A stretch of 64,000 nt of DNA from Planctomycetota bacterium (GCA_050248855.1 JBFWRP010000006.1:133514-197513); one strand, 5' to 3'; positions 30,129-40,183 are shown, counted from the first letter of the stretch. The notes: generated by a model not told the origin, from the sequence alone. Program-made: numbers and translations.

Positions 30129-31406
30129 ATGAAGGTCCTCGTGGTCGGTGGTGGCGGTCGGGAGCACGCGCTCTGCGATGCCCTGGCGCGCTCGCCCCAG
30201 GTGGAGCACGTGTGGTGCGCGCCGGGCAACGCCGGCATCGAGGACGTGGCCACGTGCGTGCCGGACGTGTTCGCCAGCGACTTCGAGGCCCTGCTCGCCC
30301 TCGCGCGGCGCGAAGGCATCGACTTGACGGTCGTCGGCCCCGAGGCGCCGCTCGTGGACGGCCTCGTGGACCGCTTCACGGCCGAGGGACTTCTCGCGTT
30401 CGGGCCCACGAAGGACGCGGCGCGCCTCGAGGGCAGCAAGGCGTTCGCCAAGGCGTTCATGGCGCGCCATGGGATCCCCACCGCGTCGTACGTGAGCTTC
30501 GACGACGTGGACGCGGCGCGGGCGTACCTGCGCGACTACGACCGCTTCCCCCTCGTGATGAAGGCCGATGGCCTGGCGGCGGGCAAGGGCGTCGTCATCG
30601 CTCCGGGGCGCCGGGAAGCGCTCGAAGCGCTCGACGCCATGATGCTCGAGCGCCGCTTCGGCGAAGCTGGCGATCGGATCGTGATCGAGGAGTTCCTGCG
30701 CGGCGAAGAGGCCTCGATCCACGTCATCACGGACGGGCGGACGCTGTACGTGCTGCCCACGGCGCAAGATCACAAGGCCGTGGGCGAGGGCGATACCGGC
30801 CCGAACACGGGCGGCATGGGCGCCTACAGCCCCGCTCCCGTGGCCGAGGGCGCCATGTTCGAGCGCATCGAGCACACGATCCTCAGGCCGGTGCTGATGG
30901 GGCTCTCGCGGGATGAGATCGCCTTCCGCGGCTGCCTCTTCGTCGGGCTCATGATCACGAAGGCCGGGCCGCGGGTGCTGGAGTTCAACGTGCGCTTCGG
31001 GGATCCCGAGACCGAGGTGCTGCTCCCGCGTCTGCGCAGCGACCTCGCCGAGGTCATGAAGGCCGCGGCGGAGGGCCGGCTCGACACGGTGCCCGAGCCG
31101 GACGTGGACCCGCGCGTGGCCGTGGGCGTCGTGTTGGCTTCGGGCGGTTACCCGGGCCCCTACGCGGGCGGCAAGGTGATCGAGGGCTTGGAGGCGGCGG
31201 CGCGCCTGGAGGGCGTCCGCGTCTATCACGCGGGCACACGGCGCCCTACGGCCAACGTCGTGACCGCCGGCGGGCGCGTGCTCTGCGTCACGGCGCTCGG
31301 CGATGGCTACGCCGCGGCTCGCGACCGGGCCTACGAAGCCGTGGACCGGATCCGTTTCGAGGGCGCGTACGCTCGTCGGGACATCGCCCACCGCGCCCTC
31401 GTGTGA
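30129..31406 (+). CDS. purD: Phosphoribosylamine--glycine ligase
   Basis: MKVLVVGGGGREHAL, KADGLAAGKGV, GPNTGGMGAYSP and EFNVRFGDPE. Confidence 0.97.
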   Translation: MKVLVVGGGGREHALCDALARSPQVEHVWCAPGNAGIEDVATCVPDVFASDFEALLALARREGIDLTVVGPEAPLVDGLVDRFTAEGLLAFGPTKDAARLEGSKAFAKAFMARHGIPTASYVSFDDVDAARAYLRDYDRFPLVMKADGLAAGKGVVIAPGRREALEALDAMMLERRFGEAGDRIVIEEFLRGEEASIHVITDGRTLYVLPTAQDHKAVGEGDTGPNTGGMGAYSPAPVAEGAMFERIEHTILRPVLMGLSRDEIAFRGCLFVGLMITKAGPRVLEFNVRFGDPETEVLLPRLRSDLAEVMKAAAEGRLDTVPEPDVDPRVAVGVVLASGGYPGPYAGGKVIEGLEAAARLEGVRVYHAGTRRPTANVVTAGGRVLCVTALGDGYAAARDRAYEAVDRIRFEGAYARRDIAHRALV

Positions 31407-31498
31407 GCGCCGCGGATTCGGCGCTTCAGGCGTCGGTCCGGGGCGTTGGTAGGGGAGGAGGCCCGGCCACCTGCTCCCGGAGCCCGACCGGAGGTCCC

Positions 31499-32212
31499 AT
31501 GCGCACCTGCCTGCTCGTCCTCGTCGCCGCCCTGGCGGCTCCGGTGCTGCCCGCCGCCGCGCCGGGCCCGGCCGAGGCCGCTCCGCGCACGCGCCTCGAA
31601 GGGGCGGCCCTGCTCCGGGCCCTCGAGCGTCAACGCCTGTCCGACGTGCGCTTCCAGGACGCGACGCTCGACAGCGTGGTCCGCTGGCTGCGGATCGCCA
31701 CCGGGCAGAACATCGTCGTGAAGACCACCGTGCTGGCCAAGGCCGACATCGACCTGGACGCCATCCGCTTCAACGTCGAGCTGGCCGACGTCAGCGTGGC
31801 CAACCTGCTGCGCCTCATCCTGCAGCCGCACGGGCTCACGGCCGTCGTCAAGCAGAACATCATCTTCATCACCACGATCCAGGACAGCTACGGCCGCCCC
31901 GTGACGCGCATGTACGGCATCGCGCACATCACGTGGCAGAAGGTCGACTTCCACGCCCCGCCCCTGGACCTCAGGCCCAGCAACTTCGTGCCCGTCGAGG
32001 AGTACGAGCCCGAGGTGCCCGTGGAGGACGACCCCCTGACCGACGCCGAGGGCGTGATCGAGCTCGTGACGCAGATGGTCGAGCCCGAGGGCTGGGCCGC
32101 CAACGACGACTGGTCCATCTCCGGCACGCGCCGCTACCTCCTGGTCCGGGCGCCGGCCTCGGTGCACCGCAAGATCCCGCGCGCGCTCGCCGAGATCGCC
32201 TCCATGAAGTAG
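31499..32212 (+). CDS. Exported protein with secretin N-terminal (STN-like) domain
   Basis: Signal peptide; VRFQDATLDSVVRWL...NIVV pattern. Confidence 0.6.
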   Translation: MRTCLLVLVAALAAPVLPAAAPGPAEAAPRTRLEGAALLRALERQRLSDVRFQDATLDSVVRWLRIATGQNIVVKTTVLAKADIDLDAIRFNVELADVSVANLLRLILQPHGLTAVVKQNIIFITTIQDSYGRPVTRMYGIAHITWQKVDFHAPPLDLRPSNFVPVEEYEPEVPVEDDPLTDAEGVIELVTQMVEPEGWAANDDWSISGTRRYLLVRAPASVHRKIPRALAEIASMK

Positions 32213-32315
32213 CGGACATCCTCCTGCCCGGCGGTGCAAGGGGGCTGGCAGCCCCGATGGCCCTCCGCGGCGGCGAGGCACGGGCGCGGCGGGCCCTTCC
32301 GCTATGCTCTGGCCC

Positions 32316-32801
32316 GTGAGCATCACGGACTCCGAGGTCGAAGACGCCCTGACCACCTTCGAGGCGTTCCTGCGCCGCAAGCGCCTCAAGATGACCGCCC
32401 AGCGTCGGACCATGATCCGCAGTGCGCTGAAGCACGTGGGGCACTTCACGGCGGAGGACCTCTACCGCCGTCTCACCGAGGGCGGGGCCACCGTCTCGAT
32501 GGCCACCGTGTACCGAGGCCTCACGCTGCTGGAGGAGGCCAAGCTCCTCGAGGGCCACGACTTCGACGGGACGCGGCGGTACGAGCGCCTGATCGACCGC
32601 GAGCACCACGACCACATGATCTGCCTCGACTGCCAGCGCGTGCTCGAGTTCCAGGACGACGACATCGAGTCGCTCCAGGAACGGGCCGCCAAGCGTCATG
32701 GCTTCGCTCTCGCCGACCACCGCCTGGTGCTCTACGTGCGCTGCCCCGAGGGTGACCAGCCGGAGCGCTGCCATCGCGCGGAGAGCATGAGGACCGCGTG
32801 A
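32316..32801 (+). CDS. fur: Fur-family transcriptional regulator
   Basis: KMTAQR, HFTAEDLY, SMATVYR and HHDHMICLDC. Confidence 0.9.
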   Translation: MSITDSEVEDALTTFEAFLRRKRLKMTAQRRTMIRSALKHVGHFTAEDLYRRLTEGGATVSMATVYRGLTLLEEAKLLEGHDFDGTRRYERLIDREHHDHMICLDCQRVLEFQDDDIESLQERAAKRHGFALADHRLVLYVRCPEGDQPERCHRAESMRTA

Positions 32802-33370
32802 GCGTTTCGGCTTCGAGCAACGACCCGGGGCGCCTCCGCCGCGAGCTCGAGCGCCACGAGGCCTTCATGGCCGAGGCGCTGGAGGAGGCCCGTCAGGCCG
32901 CCGAGGTGGGGGAGATTCCCGTCGGCGCCGTGCTCGTGAGGGCGGGGCAAGTCATCGCCCGAGCCCACAACGCCCGCGAGCTGGACAAGGACCCGACGGC
33001 CCACGCCGAGCTCATCGTCATGCGCGAGGCTGCCGTGCTGCTCGGCGATTGGCGGCTCAACGAGTGCACGCTCTACGTCACGCTCGAACCGTGCTTCATG
33101 TGCGCGGGCGGGATCGTCAACGCGCGCGTCGGCACGCTGGTCTACGGCGCCTCCGACCCCAAGGCCGGCGCCGTGGGCAGCCTCGGCAATGTCGTGGCCG
33201 ACCCGCGCCTCAACCATCGCCCCGAGGTGCTCGGCGGTGTTGCGGAGGCGGCGTCGGCCGCCTTGCTGCGCACGTTCTTCCGCGCCCGCCGCAAAGGCGG
33301 CGAGCTGGGCCCGCGCGGGCGTCCGGACGCCACCGCCGGGGCAACCGAGGCGCGGCCCGGCCCCGCTTGA
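32798..33370 (+). CDS. tadA: tRNA adenosine(34) deaminase
   Basis: GEIPVGAV, DPTAHAE, TLEPCFMC and DPKAGA. Confidence 0.93.
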   Translation: MSVSASSNDPGRLRRELERHEAFMAEALEEARQAAEVGEIPVGAVLVRAGQVIARAHNARELDKDPTAHAELIVMREAAVLLGDWRLNECTLYVTLEPCFMCAGGIVNARVGTLVYGASDPKAGAVGSLGNVVADPRLNHRPEVLGGVAEAASAALLRTFFRARRKGGELGPRGRPDATAGATEARPGPA

Positions 33371-33395
33371 CGCTTCGCGGGGCGGGGCCTACCGT
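33367..33395 (+). promoter_or_regulatory. Putative sigma70 promoter of tRNA-Ser
   Basis: TTGACG-N17-TACCGT just upstream of the tRNA. Confidence 0.5.
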
Positions 33396-33413
33396 GCCCG
33401 CCCACGTTCCTGC

Positions 33414-33503
33414 GGAGAGATGCCGGAGCGGTCGAACGGGCCGGTTTCGAAAACCGGTGTAGGGGCAACCCTACCTAGGGTTCAAATCCCTATCTCTCCG
33501 CCA
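33414..33503 (+). tRNA. tRNA-Ser(CGA), integration target
   Basis: Long variable arm, anticodon CGA, CCA end. Confidence 0.95.
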
Positions 33504-33506
33504 CTT
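33439..33506 (+). repeat. attL core (68 bp)
   Basis: Identical to 52092-52159. Confidence 0.93.
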
Positions 33507-33555
33507 TTCCCCACGTACTCGGGGTGCTACGCCCGATTCGCTGCATCCTGCCCAA

Positions 33556-33617
33556 GTGACCGTACGCGACCGCTCGTGACCCCCCGCGACCTGTCTCGAG
33601 GGGCGTTTCGAGGGGCG
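33556..33617 (+). promoter_or_regulatory. Putative Xis sites and integrase arm sites
   Basis: GYGACC x4 at 10-bp period, then TCGAGGGGCG x2. Confidence 0.55.
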
Positions 33618-33784
33618 CCCCCCCCGCAGGGCGCTTGACAGGCTCGGCTTGCCACGCTCTGCGTGCGTGAGCGGTGGACCGCGGCGGATTTGGCCTCTCC
33701 CCAGTCCGACAGCCACGGCGCAGCCCGTGTAACGGCGGGGCGGGGCCCTCCTCGTCTGGGGGAAGGCGCCCGTATCACCCATGG

Positions 33785-34447
33785 ATGCGCCGACTCCGAG
33801 ATCTTGGCCCGGACGTGTTCCCTGTCCCTGAGTGGGGGTTCATGGAGTACGGATCAAGCTCATCGAGCGCGCACAAGAGAGATGCCCTCTGCGCGCTTGC
33901 CATGCGCGTCATCAACTCGTACTCGTACGTGGACTACCTGAGCGACCTCCTCGCGCTGCGCGTCACACGCGGCAATCCTGAGGCAGCCTATGCCATCTAC
34001 AAGGGCCTCCGAGGCGACGGTCAGAAGAGCGCGGCGACTCGCGCGCTGGTCGCGAAGTACCTGAGTGGCGAGGACCAGAAGATTCTCAAGCGCCTCCGCA
34101 GGCGCATGGAGGAAGCGGAGGTGCCGAGGAACCTCCTCGCTCATGGCCTCTGGTACTTCGCTCGAGAGCACCCCGAGCTTCTGATCGTCGTGGACGCGCG
34201 ATTGCTGCGCGACGACGTGTATCTGATTCAGTCAGGGAGTCCCCCGCCCGCCGTCGTCGATGGAGGGCTTGCTCCAGCCCTCCTTGATGCGGTGGTGATT
34301 GCAGACGGGGAACTCCGGGAGTGGGTAGAGCTCAATAGACAGTTGGAGCGTTGGTGGGGGAGGTTCCTGATGATTGCCCAGGGTGGCCTGAATGCGACAG
34401 CGGCAGACGAACTGAGAACGCGACTTCGCCGCGAGATGGACGTGTAG
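33785..34447 (+). CDS. Hypothetical protein with HEPN-like RxxxxH motif
   Basis: RNLLAHGLW in a helical context; start uncertain. Confidence 0.6.
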   Translation: MRRLRDLGPDVFPVPEWGFMEYGSSSSSAHKRDALCALAMRVINSYSYVDYLSDLLALRVTRGNPEAAYAIYKGLRGDGQKSAATRALVAKYLSGEDQKILKRLRRRMEEAEVPRNLLAHGLWYFAREHPELLIVVDARLLRDDVYLIQSGSPPPAVVDGGLAPALLDAVVIADGELREWVELNRQLERWWGRFLMIAQGGLNATAADELRTRLRREMDV

Positions 34448-34846
34448 AGCCTCGCCGCACGGTGCGCCAGTCCGGATGTTTCGCGCGTCGGTAGCGCGTC
34501 GCGGTGCTGCGGTGGCGTGCGGAGAGCCTCTGCGGGGCCGCGCGGAGCCGGGAAGCGCCAGCCAGGTCCCAGCAGGGGCGCCGGCCGGGGCCGATCTGTG
34601 GCGCATGAGACGGGTGGGCAGGGGACTCCCACGGCCGCGGTCCGTGACCGGAAGATTCCCGCGACGCGCGAAGAGGCGGCGCTCACTCGTCAGCCGGTGT
34701 CCCCTGACTCCCGGGCGGAGTGGTCCGGGGTCGACCGCGGCGGGTCCAGACCAGGGAATCTCAGATGCCTGTCCCCCTCGTCCGGAGGATGGGGGCGGGC
34801 CGCGCTCGATTGGCGTCGGTGGCGCGGCCCGCCAAGGACGAAGACC

Positions 34847-35902
34847 ATGGAGAAGGGTAACGCCCCCGCCGACAGTCTCGGGCCCGATCCCGATCCCGGC
34901 TCCGTCGCTGCCATGCGATCCACTTTCTGGGCGCTCTGCAGGGCGCAGCCCTCCTGGCACCCGCAGGACGTGTGGGGCGTGCTACTTACTTTCCGCTGGG
35001 AGGTCAGTGGCGACTACCTGCCGCGGAATCGTCCCGTAACCACCGAGGATCGGGCGAAGGCGTTGGAGGCCGGCCTCCTGTTCTGGAGCTTGAACGCTCA
35101 CCTCGAGATGGTCATGACCGGACTCTTGCCGCCGAAGAGGTCCTCCCCGGCGGGGACCCTGGATCATGCTCTCACGACCTACAATCGGTGGCTTGACGAG
35201 GTCTTCATGCCGTCGATCGAAGATCCACTGCACGACGCGGACGGACGTGGAGCCAGCATCCGGGCGCTGTTCTCGTGGAGCATCAAAAGCGCGCAAGACT
35301 GCGGCCAAGTTGATCGAGAGGAGACGATTCGCTCCGTCAGCGGCACCCTACGTCGCTCGGGGCTCGGCTCGCTACCTCAGGGCATACGAGGTCAGGCCGT
35401 TCGCCAAGTTCTCGATCAGGTGCCGTCGGATGCGCCCATCGCCTACTTCACTCGTGAGGGCGCCCTGCGGGTAAACCCCCGCGGCCTCCGCGACAGCACT
35501 CCTCTGCTGCGCAACATGCGGAGACACGTACAGGCGGAGAGGCGCGGCCGTTCAAGAGCGAAGGCACGAGAGGTCGAAGCTGACACACTCGGGGCGGAGC
35601 CCGACGCCGAAGAGCCGAGTCCGCTCGAGCTCCTGCTTTCGGCGGCCGCAGCAAGAGAGCGGGTCGAGGTCGTCCGCGCCTTCCGCCTAGCGTGCGACGA
35701 GCGGTCCATGATGCCGCCCCGAAGGCGCGACGATCGGGTCACGCCATGCGCCCGAGAGTACCTCTACAGCATCACGCTCGGGCACGCCAACCAGGCGGAG
35801 GTGGCGGACTTCCACAGCCTGGATCGGGGGAACTTCTCCCGCGCCTACCGGCGTGAACTGCAGGCCGTCATGGATACCGTGCGGGCTCGACTAGCGATTT
35901 AG
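34847..35902 (+). CDS. Hypothetical protein with C-terminal HTH-like motif
   Basis: NQAEVADFHSLDRGNFSR. Confidence 0.6.
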   Translation: MEKGNAPADSLGPDPDPGSVAAMRSTFWALCRAQPSWHPQDVWGVLLTFRWEVSGDYLPRNRPVTTEDRAKALEAGLLFWSLNAHLEMVMTGLLPPKRSSPAGTLDHALTTYNRWLDEVFMPSIEDPLHDADGRGASIRALFSWSIKSAQDCGQVDREETIRSVSGTLRRSGLGSLPQGIRGQAVRQVLDQVPSDAPIAYFTREGALRVNPRGLRDSTPLLRNMRRHVQAERRGRSRAKAREVEADTLGAEPDAEEPSPLELLLSAAAARERVEVVRAFRLACDERSMMPPRRRDDRVTPCAREYLYSITLGHANQAEVADFHSLDRGNFSRAYRRELQAVMDTVRARLAI

Positions 35903-35950
35903 CGGCCTGATCTACAACTACCCTCCGGCACGCCATCCATCAAAGATGGT

Positions 35951-36256
35951 GTGAGACAACAAGCCCCCCAAACCCCAGCCCACGACCGCACAGTGAGCCG
36001 CGCCTGCCTGCCCGAGGTTCTGTTCCTTGCGGACCTCGCTCTGGCCCTCAGCGTCACTCCATCCGCCGCACGCCGCGTTCTCCTCAGGGGAGACTGCGGG
36101 CCCTACTTCCGCATGGGGCGACGCTACGCCGTGCGCCGGACCTCCTTCCTGGCCGCTCTGTCCGAGCGCGAGGTCCACCCCACACCAGCCCCGATGCCTC
36201 AGGCCCCAGCCTGGGCCACCGAACTCCTGTCGCGCAAGCGCAAGGGAAGGAGGTAG
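35951..36256 (+). CDS. Excisionase-like HTH protein
   Basis: LADLALALSVTPSAARRVL..G...YFRMGRRYAV. Confidence 0.65.
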   Translation: MRQQAPQTPAHDRTVSRACLPEVLFLADLALALSVTPSAARRVLLRGDCGPYFRMGRRYAVRRTSFLAALSEREVHPTPAPMPQAPAWATELLSRKRKGRR

Positions 36257-36259
36257 GCC

Positions 36260-37252
36260 ATGTCGCAGGTCGACGGTGACTTCCGCGTCCACATCGGGTT
36301 CTTCCGGCACGTGAAGACCCGACGCCTGCGGGCCGCGTGTGGGGTCGAAGGTGTCCTGGGCCTCCTGACGGTCTGGGCGTACGCCGCCGAAAACCACGCG
36401 GACGGCTGCCTGGGGAAGCTCACGCCCGCGGAGATCGAGTTGATCGCCGACTGGTCGGGGAGCGCGGGGAGCCTCTACACAGCCCTCGTGGCCTGCGGAT
36501 TCGCAGACCTCTCCCAGGCGGGCGTAGTAACCCTCCACGACTGGGCAGAACACCAGCAGTGGATCGTGAATCGCCCCGCGCGACAGCGGAAGGCGCGCTT
36601 GGCCAGCCGCGCCAGGTGGGGTGGGGACTCCGAAGACGAGCAGGCGAAACCATGCTCCGGGCATGAGGCGGATGCTCCGGGGATGCTCGGGGGATCGCCC
36701 AACATCCCCCTCTCCTCTCCCTGCCTTGCCTTGCCCTGCCCATCCAAGGAAGACCCCCCCAACCCCCCAAGGGGGCGTGTCGCGCACGCTTCGCAGCAGG
36801 ATCAAGTCCCCGACGAGGCGACCACCTCTCGTCCTAAGCGCCGTCGTCGGCGCCGCAAGTCGGGGTGGGAAGGCGACCTGCCGTGGGACTCGATCGTGCA
36901 GGCGTGGAACGAGAACGCTGGAGGGCTTCCGCGCATCGCGATCGGGGCCAAGCCGTCCGAGGATCGCGAGCACCTGGCTCGACGCATGTGGTTGGTCGTC
37001 CAGGGGCACGTTGAGGCAGAGGCAGGACAGCCCGACGACGACTACGGACTCGGGCTCTTCGGTGCTGCCGTCAAGCGGTGTTCACGCGACGGGCACTACG
37101 TGCAGAACAACCACGGCTTCGACGCCTTCTGCCGCAAGTGCGAACGCTGGCTCGACGCACCCGGCATCCCTGACTCGTTCCGACCCGAGACGTACCGACC
37201 GGACGTCCTGCCCGCCGACCACGAGCACCACTCGATGTGGGGTGGCTCATGA
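36260..37252 (+). CDS. Phage-type replication initiator protein
   Basis: N-terminal FFRHVKTRRL...LLTVW...LHDWAEHQ; linker PSKEDPPNPPRG; directly upstream of a helicase. Confidence 0.7.
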   Translation: MSQVDGDFRVHIGFFRHVKTRRLRAACGVEGVLGLLTVWAYAAENHADGCLGKLTPAEIELIADWSGSAGSLYTALVACGFADLSQAGVVTLHDWAEHQQWIVNRPARQRKARLASRARWGGDSEDEQAKPCSGHEADAPGMLGGSPNIPLSSPCLALPCPSKEDPPNPPRGRVAHASQQDQVPDEATTSRPKRRRRRRKSGWEGDLPWDSIVQAWNENAGGLPRIAIGAKPSEDREHLARRMWLVVQGHVEAEAGQPDDDYGLGLFGAAVKRCSRDGHYVQNNHGFDAFCRKCERWLDAPGIPDSFRPETYRPDVLPADHEHHSMWGGS

Positions 37253-38622
37253 GCCGAGTTGCAGCTCCCCTGGATCGCTCCACCGCGGCCGAGTTCGAGC
37301 GCATGGCCCGCGAGTACGCAGAGGTCGAGGGCGAGGTTGTCCGATTCGAGATCGGGATCGTCAAGTACGCCTGGCTCTTCCCCGAGGATGCTGCCCGCTG
37401 CGCGCGACTGTTCCCCGAGCTCGGGCAGCCGGAGGACTTCCGGCGCTCGGCCTTTGGTCGCATGTGGAAGGCACTGATCGAAGCGGCGAACGCGGGGCAG
37501 GCCGTCGCCGACCCGGGCTTGGTCTGCCGCATGGCGTCCGTCTCGCCGGCAGACGTTCTCGAGGTCCTCAACGCCCCGTGGCAGCCGGAGCCGTCGCCAG
37601 TCGCGCTTGGTTGGTGGCTCCGGGCGCTCCGTCAAGCCCGTATCGCACGCGAGGAGGCATCCATCGCCCGTGCTGTGGCGTCGGGCAATGTGACGTGGGA
37701 AGAGGGCGGCGGACTCCTCGAGGCACTTCGTGCGGGCCTCGGCGGACTCGCCGCGGGATCTGGCATCAAGTCGGGCGGCGAGGCTGTGGACGCCTACCTG
37801 GCTGCGCTAGACACCGAGACGGACGACGCGAGCACCGTGCGCTGGGGGTTCCCCGAGTGGGACACGACGGGGGCGGTCCTTCGTCCTGGCGACTACTGCG
37901 TCATGGCCGCAGCGCCGGGCACCGGCAAGACCACGCTCGCGCTGCGCCTCGCCTACCAAGCTTCCAAGACCGCGGGTCGTCCGGTGCTCTTCTACCTGCT
38001 CGAGGACACGACCGAGAACGTCGCACCCAAGCTCGTCCACATGGAGTCCGGCATCCCGCAGCGAGTCGGCGGCAAGTACGACGCAGGCGAGCGTGCTGCC
38101 CTCAAGGACGCTGCCGTCTACGTGCGCAACCACTCCCGCCTGCTGTTCGTGGACTCGGCTCCGCGCAAGGCCCAGGAGTTCTGCGGGCGCGTGCTGGACG
38201 ACGTGAGACGCGAGGCTCCGATCCTCATCGTCGTGGACTATCTCGGCTGTCTCGACGGTCGCGGCAGGTCCGAGTACGAGCGGGTGACTGACGCCACGAA
38301 GGCGCTGTGCGCGCTCGCGGTAGACGCTCGGCTCCCCGTGCTGACGCTTCACCAGCTCCGCCGTCACAGCCAGGACGACAAGACGCTGCGCCGCCCGCGC
38401 ATGACGGACCTTCGCGGCTCGGGACAGATCGAGCAGGACGCAACGCACGTCGTCCTCGGGTGGGACCCGACCAAGACGGGCGAGAGCACCGAGAAGGGGG
38501 CGGTGTGGTGGCAGATGGCCAAGGCACGCAGGGGGCAGGCCGGGCCGCTCGTCCGCTGCCACCTGGACGGTGCTCGCTCGCAGATGTGTAGGCCACTGCA
38601 TAGCGGAGTCGCTCGGTCATGA
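37249..38622 (+). CDS. DnaB-like replicative helicase
   Basis: APGTGKT, VVDYL, QLRR, RPRMTDLRGSGQIEQDA and AKARRG. Confidence 0.9.
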   Translation: MSRVAAPLDRSTAAEFERMAREYAEVEGEVVRFEIGIVKYAWLFPEDAARCARLFPELGQPEDFRRSAFGRMWKALIEAANAGQAVADPGLVCRMASVSPADVLEVLNAPWQPEPSPVALGWWLRALRQARIAREEASIARAVASGNVTWEEGGGLLEALRAGLGGLAAGSGIKSGGEAVDAYLAALDTETDDASTVRWGFPEWDTTGAVLRPGDYCVMAAAPGTGKTTLALRLAYQASKTAGRPVLFYLLEDTTENVAPKLVHMESGIPQRVGGKYDAGERAALKDAAVYVRNHSRLLFVDSAPRKAQEFCGRVLDDVRREAPILIVVDYLGCLDGRGRSEYERVTDATKALCALAVDARLPVLTLHQLRRHSQDDKTLRRPRMTDLRGSGQIEQDATHVVLGWDPTKTGESTEKGAVWWQMAKARRGQAGPLVRCHLDGARSQMCRPLHSGVARS

Positions 38623-39032
38623 AGTCGATCGGGGACCTGCTCCGCGAGCTGTTTGGCGAACTGAACTCGGTGCCCGCGGAAGAGGCGGTGGGCGACGGCC
38701 TAGTTGGCTCCCGTGGCCCGGCCCGTCCGATCCATGAGGAGGACTCCGTGGTTGACGACCCGAGCACTGCGCCTTCACCCGGTCGTGACGCCAACGCCTG
38801 GACCGGGCGCCACGACACCGAGCCGCCCAACTGCGACATGGCGGAAGGTGTCCCGGCCCGGCGGGGGCCTCCACTCTGTCCCTCCTGCCGCAACCCGCTC
38901 GTCGGGCTCGGTCGTGAGGATCGTCTACTACAATCGTCGTATTACGGCGCCCTCAATGGGGCGCACGAGGGGGCCGATCGCTTCGGCGCGGCCCGTCCCC
39001 CGCTGGGGGCAGGGGGTGACGATGCGTCGTGA
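38619..39032 (+). CDS. Hypothetical protein
   Basis: ATGA overlap with the helicase; MKSIGDLL start; CPSC motif. Confidence 0.55.
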   Translation: MKSIGDLLRELFGELNSVPAEEAVGDGLVGSRGPARPIHEEDSVVDDPSTAPSPGRDANAWTGRHDTEPPNCDMAEGVPARRGPPLCPSCRNPLVGLGREDRLLQSSYYGALNGAHEGADRFGAARPPLGAGGDDAS

Positions 39033-39384
39033 ACGCATTCCCGCTGGTGAGTCCTTCAATGGTCTTCGCTTGGTGGCTTCGTGTGTGCGAGGCAAGCCGG
39101 CGGACCACGTGATCGCGTGGTGGAGGGGCACCAAGCAGGCTGAGCTCAGGCACGAGCTCCAACGCGCCTTCGTGCTCGCGACCCCTCGCGTCCAGCGCAG
39201 CGCAGCCGGGATCATCCTCGACCTGGCCCGTGCCTGCCCAGACGACCCAAGCGGCGATGTGGCCGCCTGGCTCGACGGCTTGGACGTTCCCGAGTCCCTC
39301 GACGCCGAGGTGGAGCGGCTGCCCCACGGTCGCGCCCGAGCCGAGGCTTGGCGGGCGCGGCGTCGAAGCCCCGGCCTTGGCTAG
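39022..39384 (+). CDS. Hypothetical protein
   Basis: Overlaps the previous stop; plausible composition. Confidence 0.55.
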   Translation: MRRERIPAGESFNGLRLVASCVRGKPADHVIAWWRGTKQAELRHELQRAFVLATPRVQRSAAGIILDLARACPDDPSGDVAAWLDGLDVPESLDAEVERLPHGRARAEAWRARRRSPGLG

Positions 39385-39400
39385 GAAGGTTCTGGCCGAT

Positions 39401-40183
39401 CTACTCCTCCGCCGCGATGCGGATGGCGCGCAGCACCAGCCGCAGGCTCTCGCCTAGGTTCGCCACCTCGCTCCGCACACCCTGGAAGAGGTCAACCTTG
39501 TCTGCGGCGATCCGCACCGGGCGAATGGAGAGGTGGGGGGCAACTTCGGCGTCAGCGAGGTCGAGCTCCAGACGAGCGCAATCGACGGCACGCGCCAACG
39601 TCGCAATCCTCCTGGGCGCATCAAAGGTCGCCCTTCCGGCAAGAAGTCCAGGGCTCCCGAGGGCCTCGAGGAGCCCATGCTGGAGCGGTCCAACGACACC
39701 CCACGCGGCGACCTCCTCTCCCGCCCGAGGAGGGCGCCAGCCAGCCACGGAGTGCAGGGCAGCTTCATAGCGAGCTTGCGCATCCAAGGCCCACTCTCGG
39801 AACGTGTCGCGCTCGCGAGCCCGGCGCCTTAGCGCGTGGGCCAGGTAGGCGCCGGCCCCTGCGAGGACGCCGGCGCCCAATGCCGTTGTCTTCGCTTCGC
39901 GAGTCGCCGGAACGAACAAGATGAACAGCGCCACCCAGACCACGGCCAGGCCGATCCGGAGGTAGAGCACGCCTGGAGTGACACGGCCCCCTCGGACGGG
40001 GGCCACAAGTCGCCACAGCCACAGACCACCCGCCCGCACCGCTGCGACGATGGCCGAGCGCCGTGCATTCACGCTGCGGCCCTCCAGGGCGTTCACGGCC
40101 CGACCGGTGGCTTCATGCACGGATCGGGCGAGCCTAAGCAGGGAATCGCTGGTGGAACGTAGGGGAAGCCGGCCGCCAGTCAT
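39401..40183 (-). CDS. Hypothetical membrane protein
   Basis: Two TM segments; start uncertain. Confidence 0.55.
   Translation of the reverse strand: MTGGRLPLRSTSDSLLRLARSVHEATGRAVNALEGRSVNARRSAIVAAVRAGGLWLWRLVAPVRGGRVTPGVLYLRIGLAVVWVALFILFVPATREAKTTALGAGVLAGAGAYLAHALRRRARERDTFREWALDAQARYEAALHSVAGWRPPRAGEEVAAWGVVGPLQHGLLEALGSPGLLAGRATFDAPRRIATLARAVDCARLELDLADAEVAPHLSIRPVRIAADKVDLFQGVRSEVANLGESLRLVLRAIRIAAEE

Noticed and set aside
32798..33503. tadA next to tRNA-Ser as a novel editing system
   Set aside because: This is a common synteny, and the CGA anticodon has no A34 substrate.
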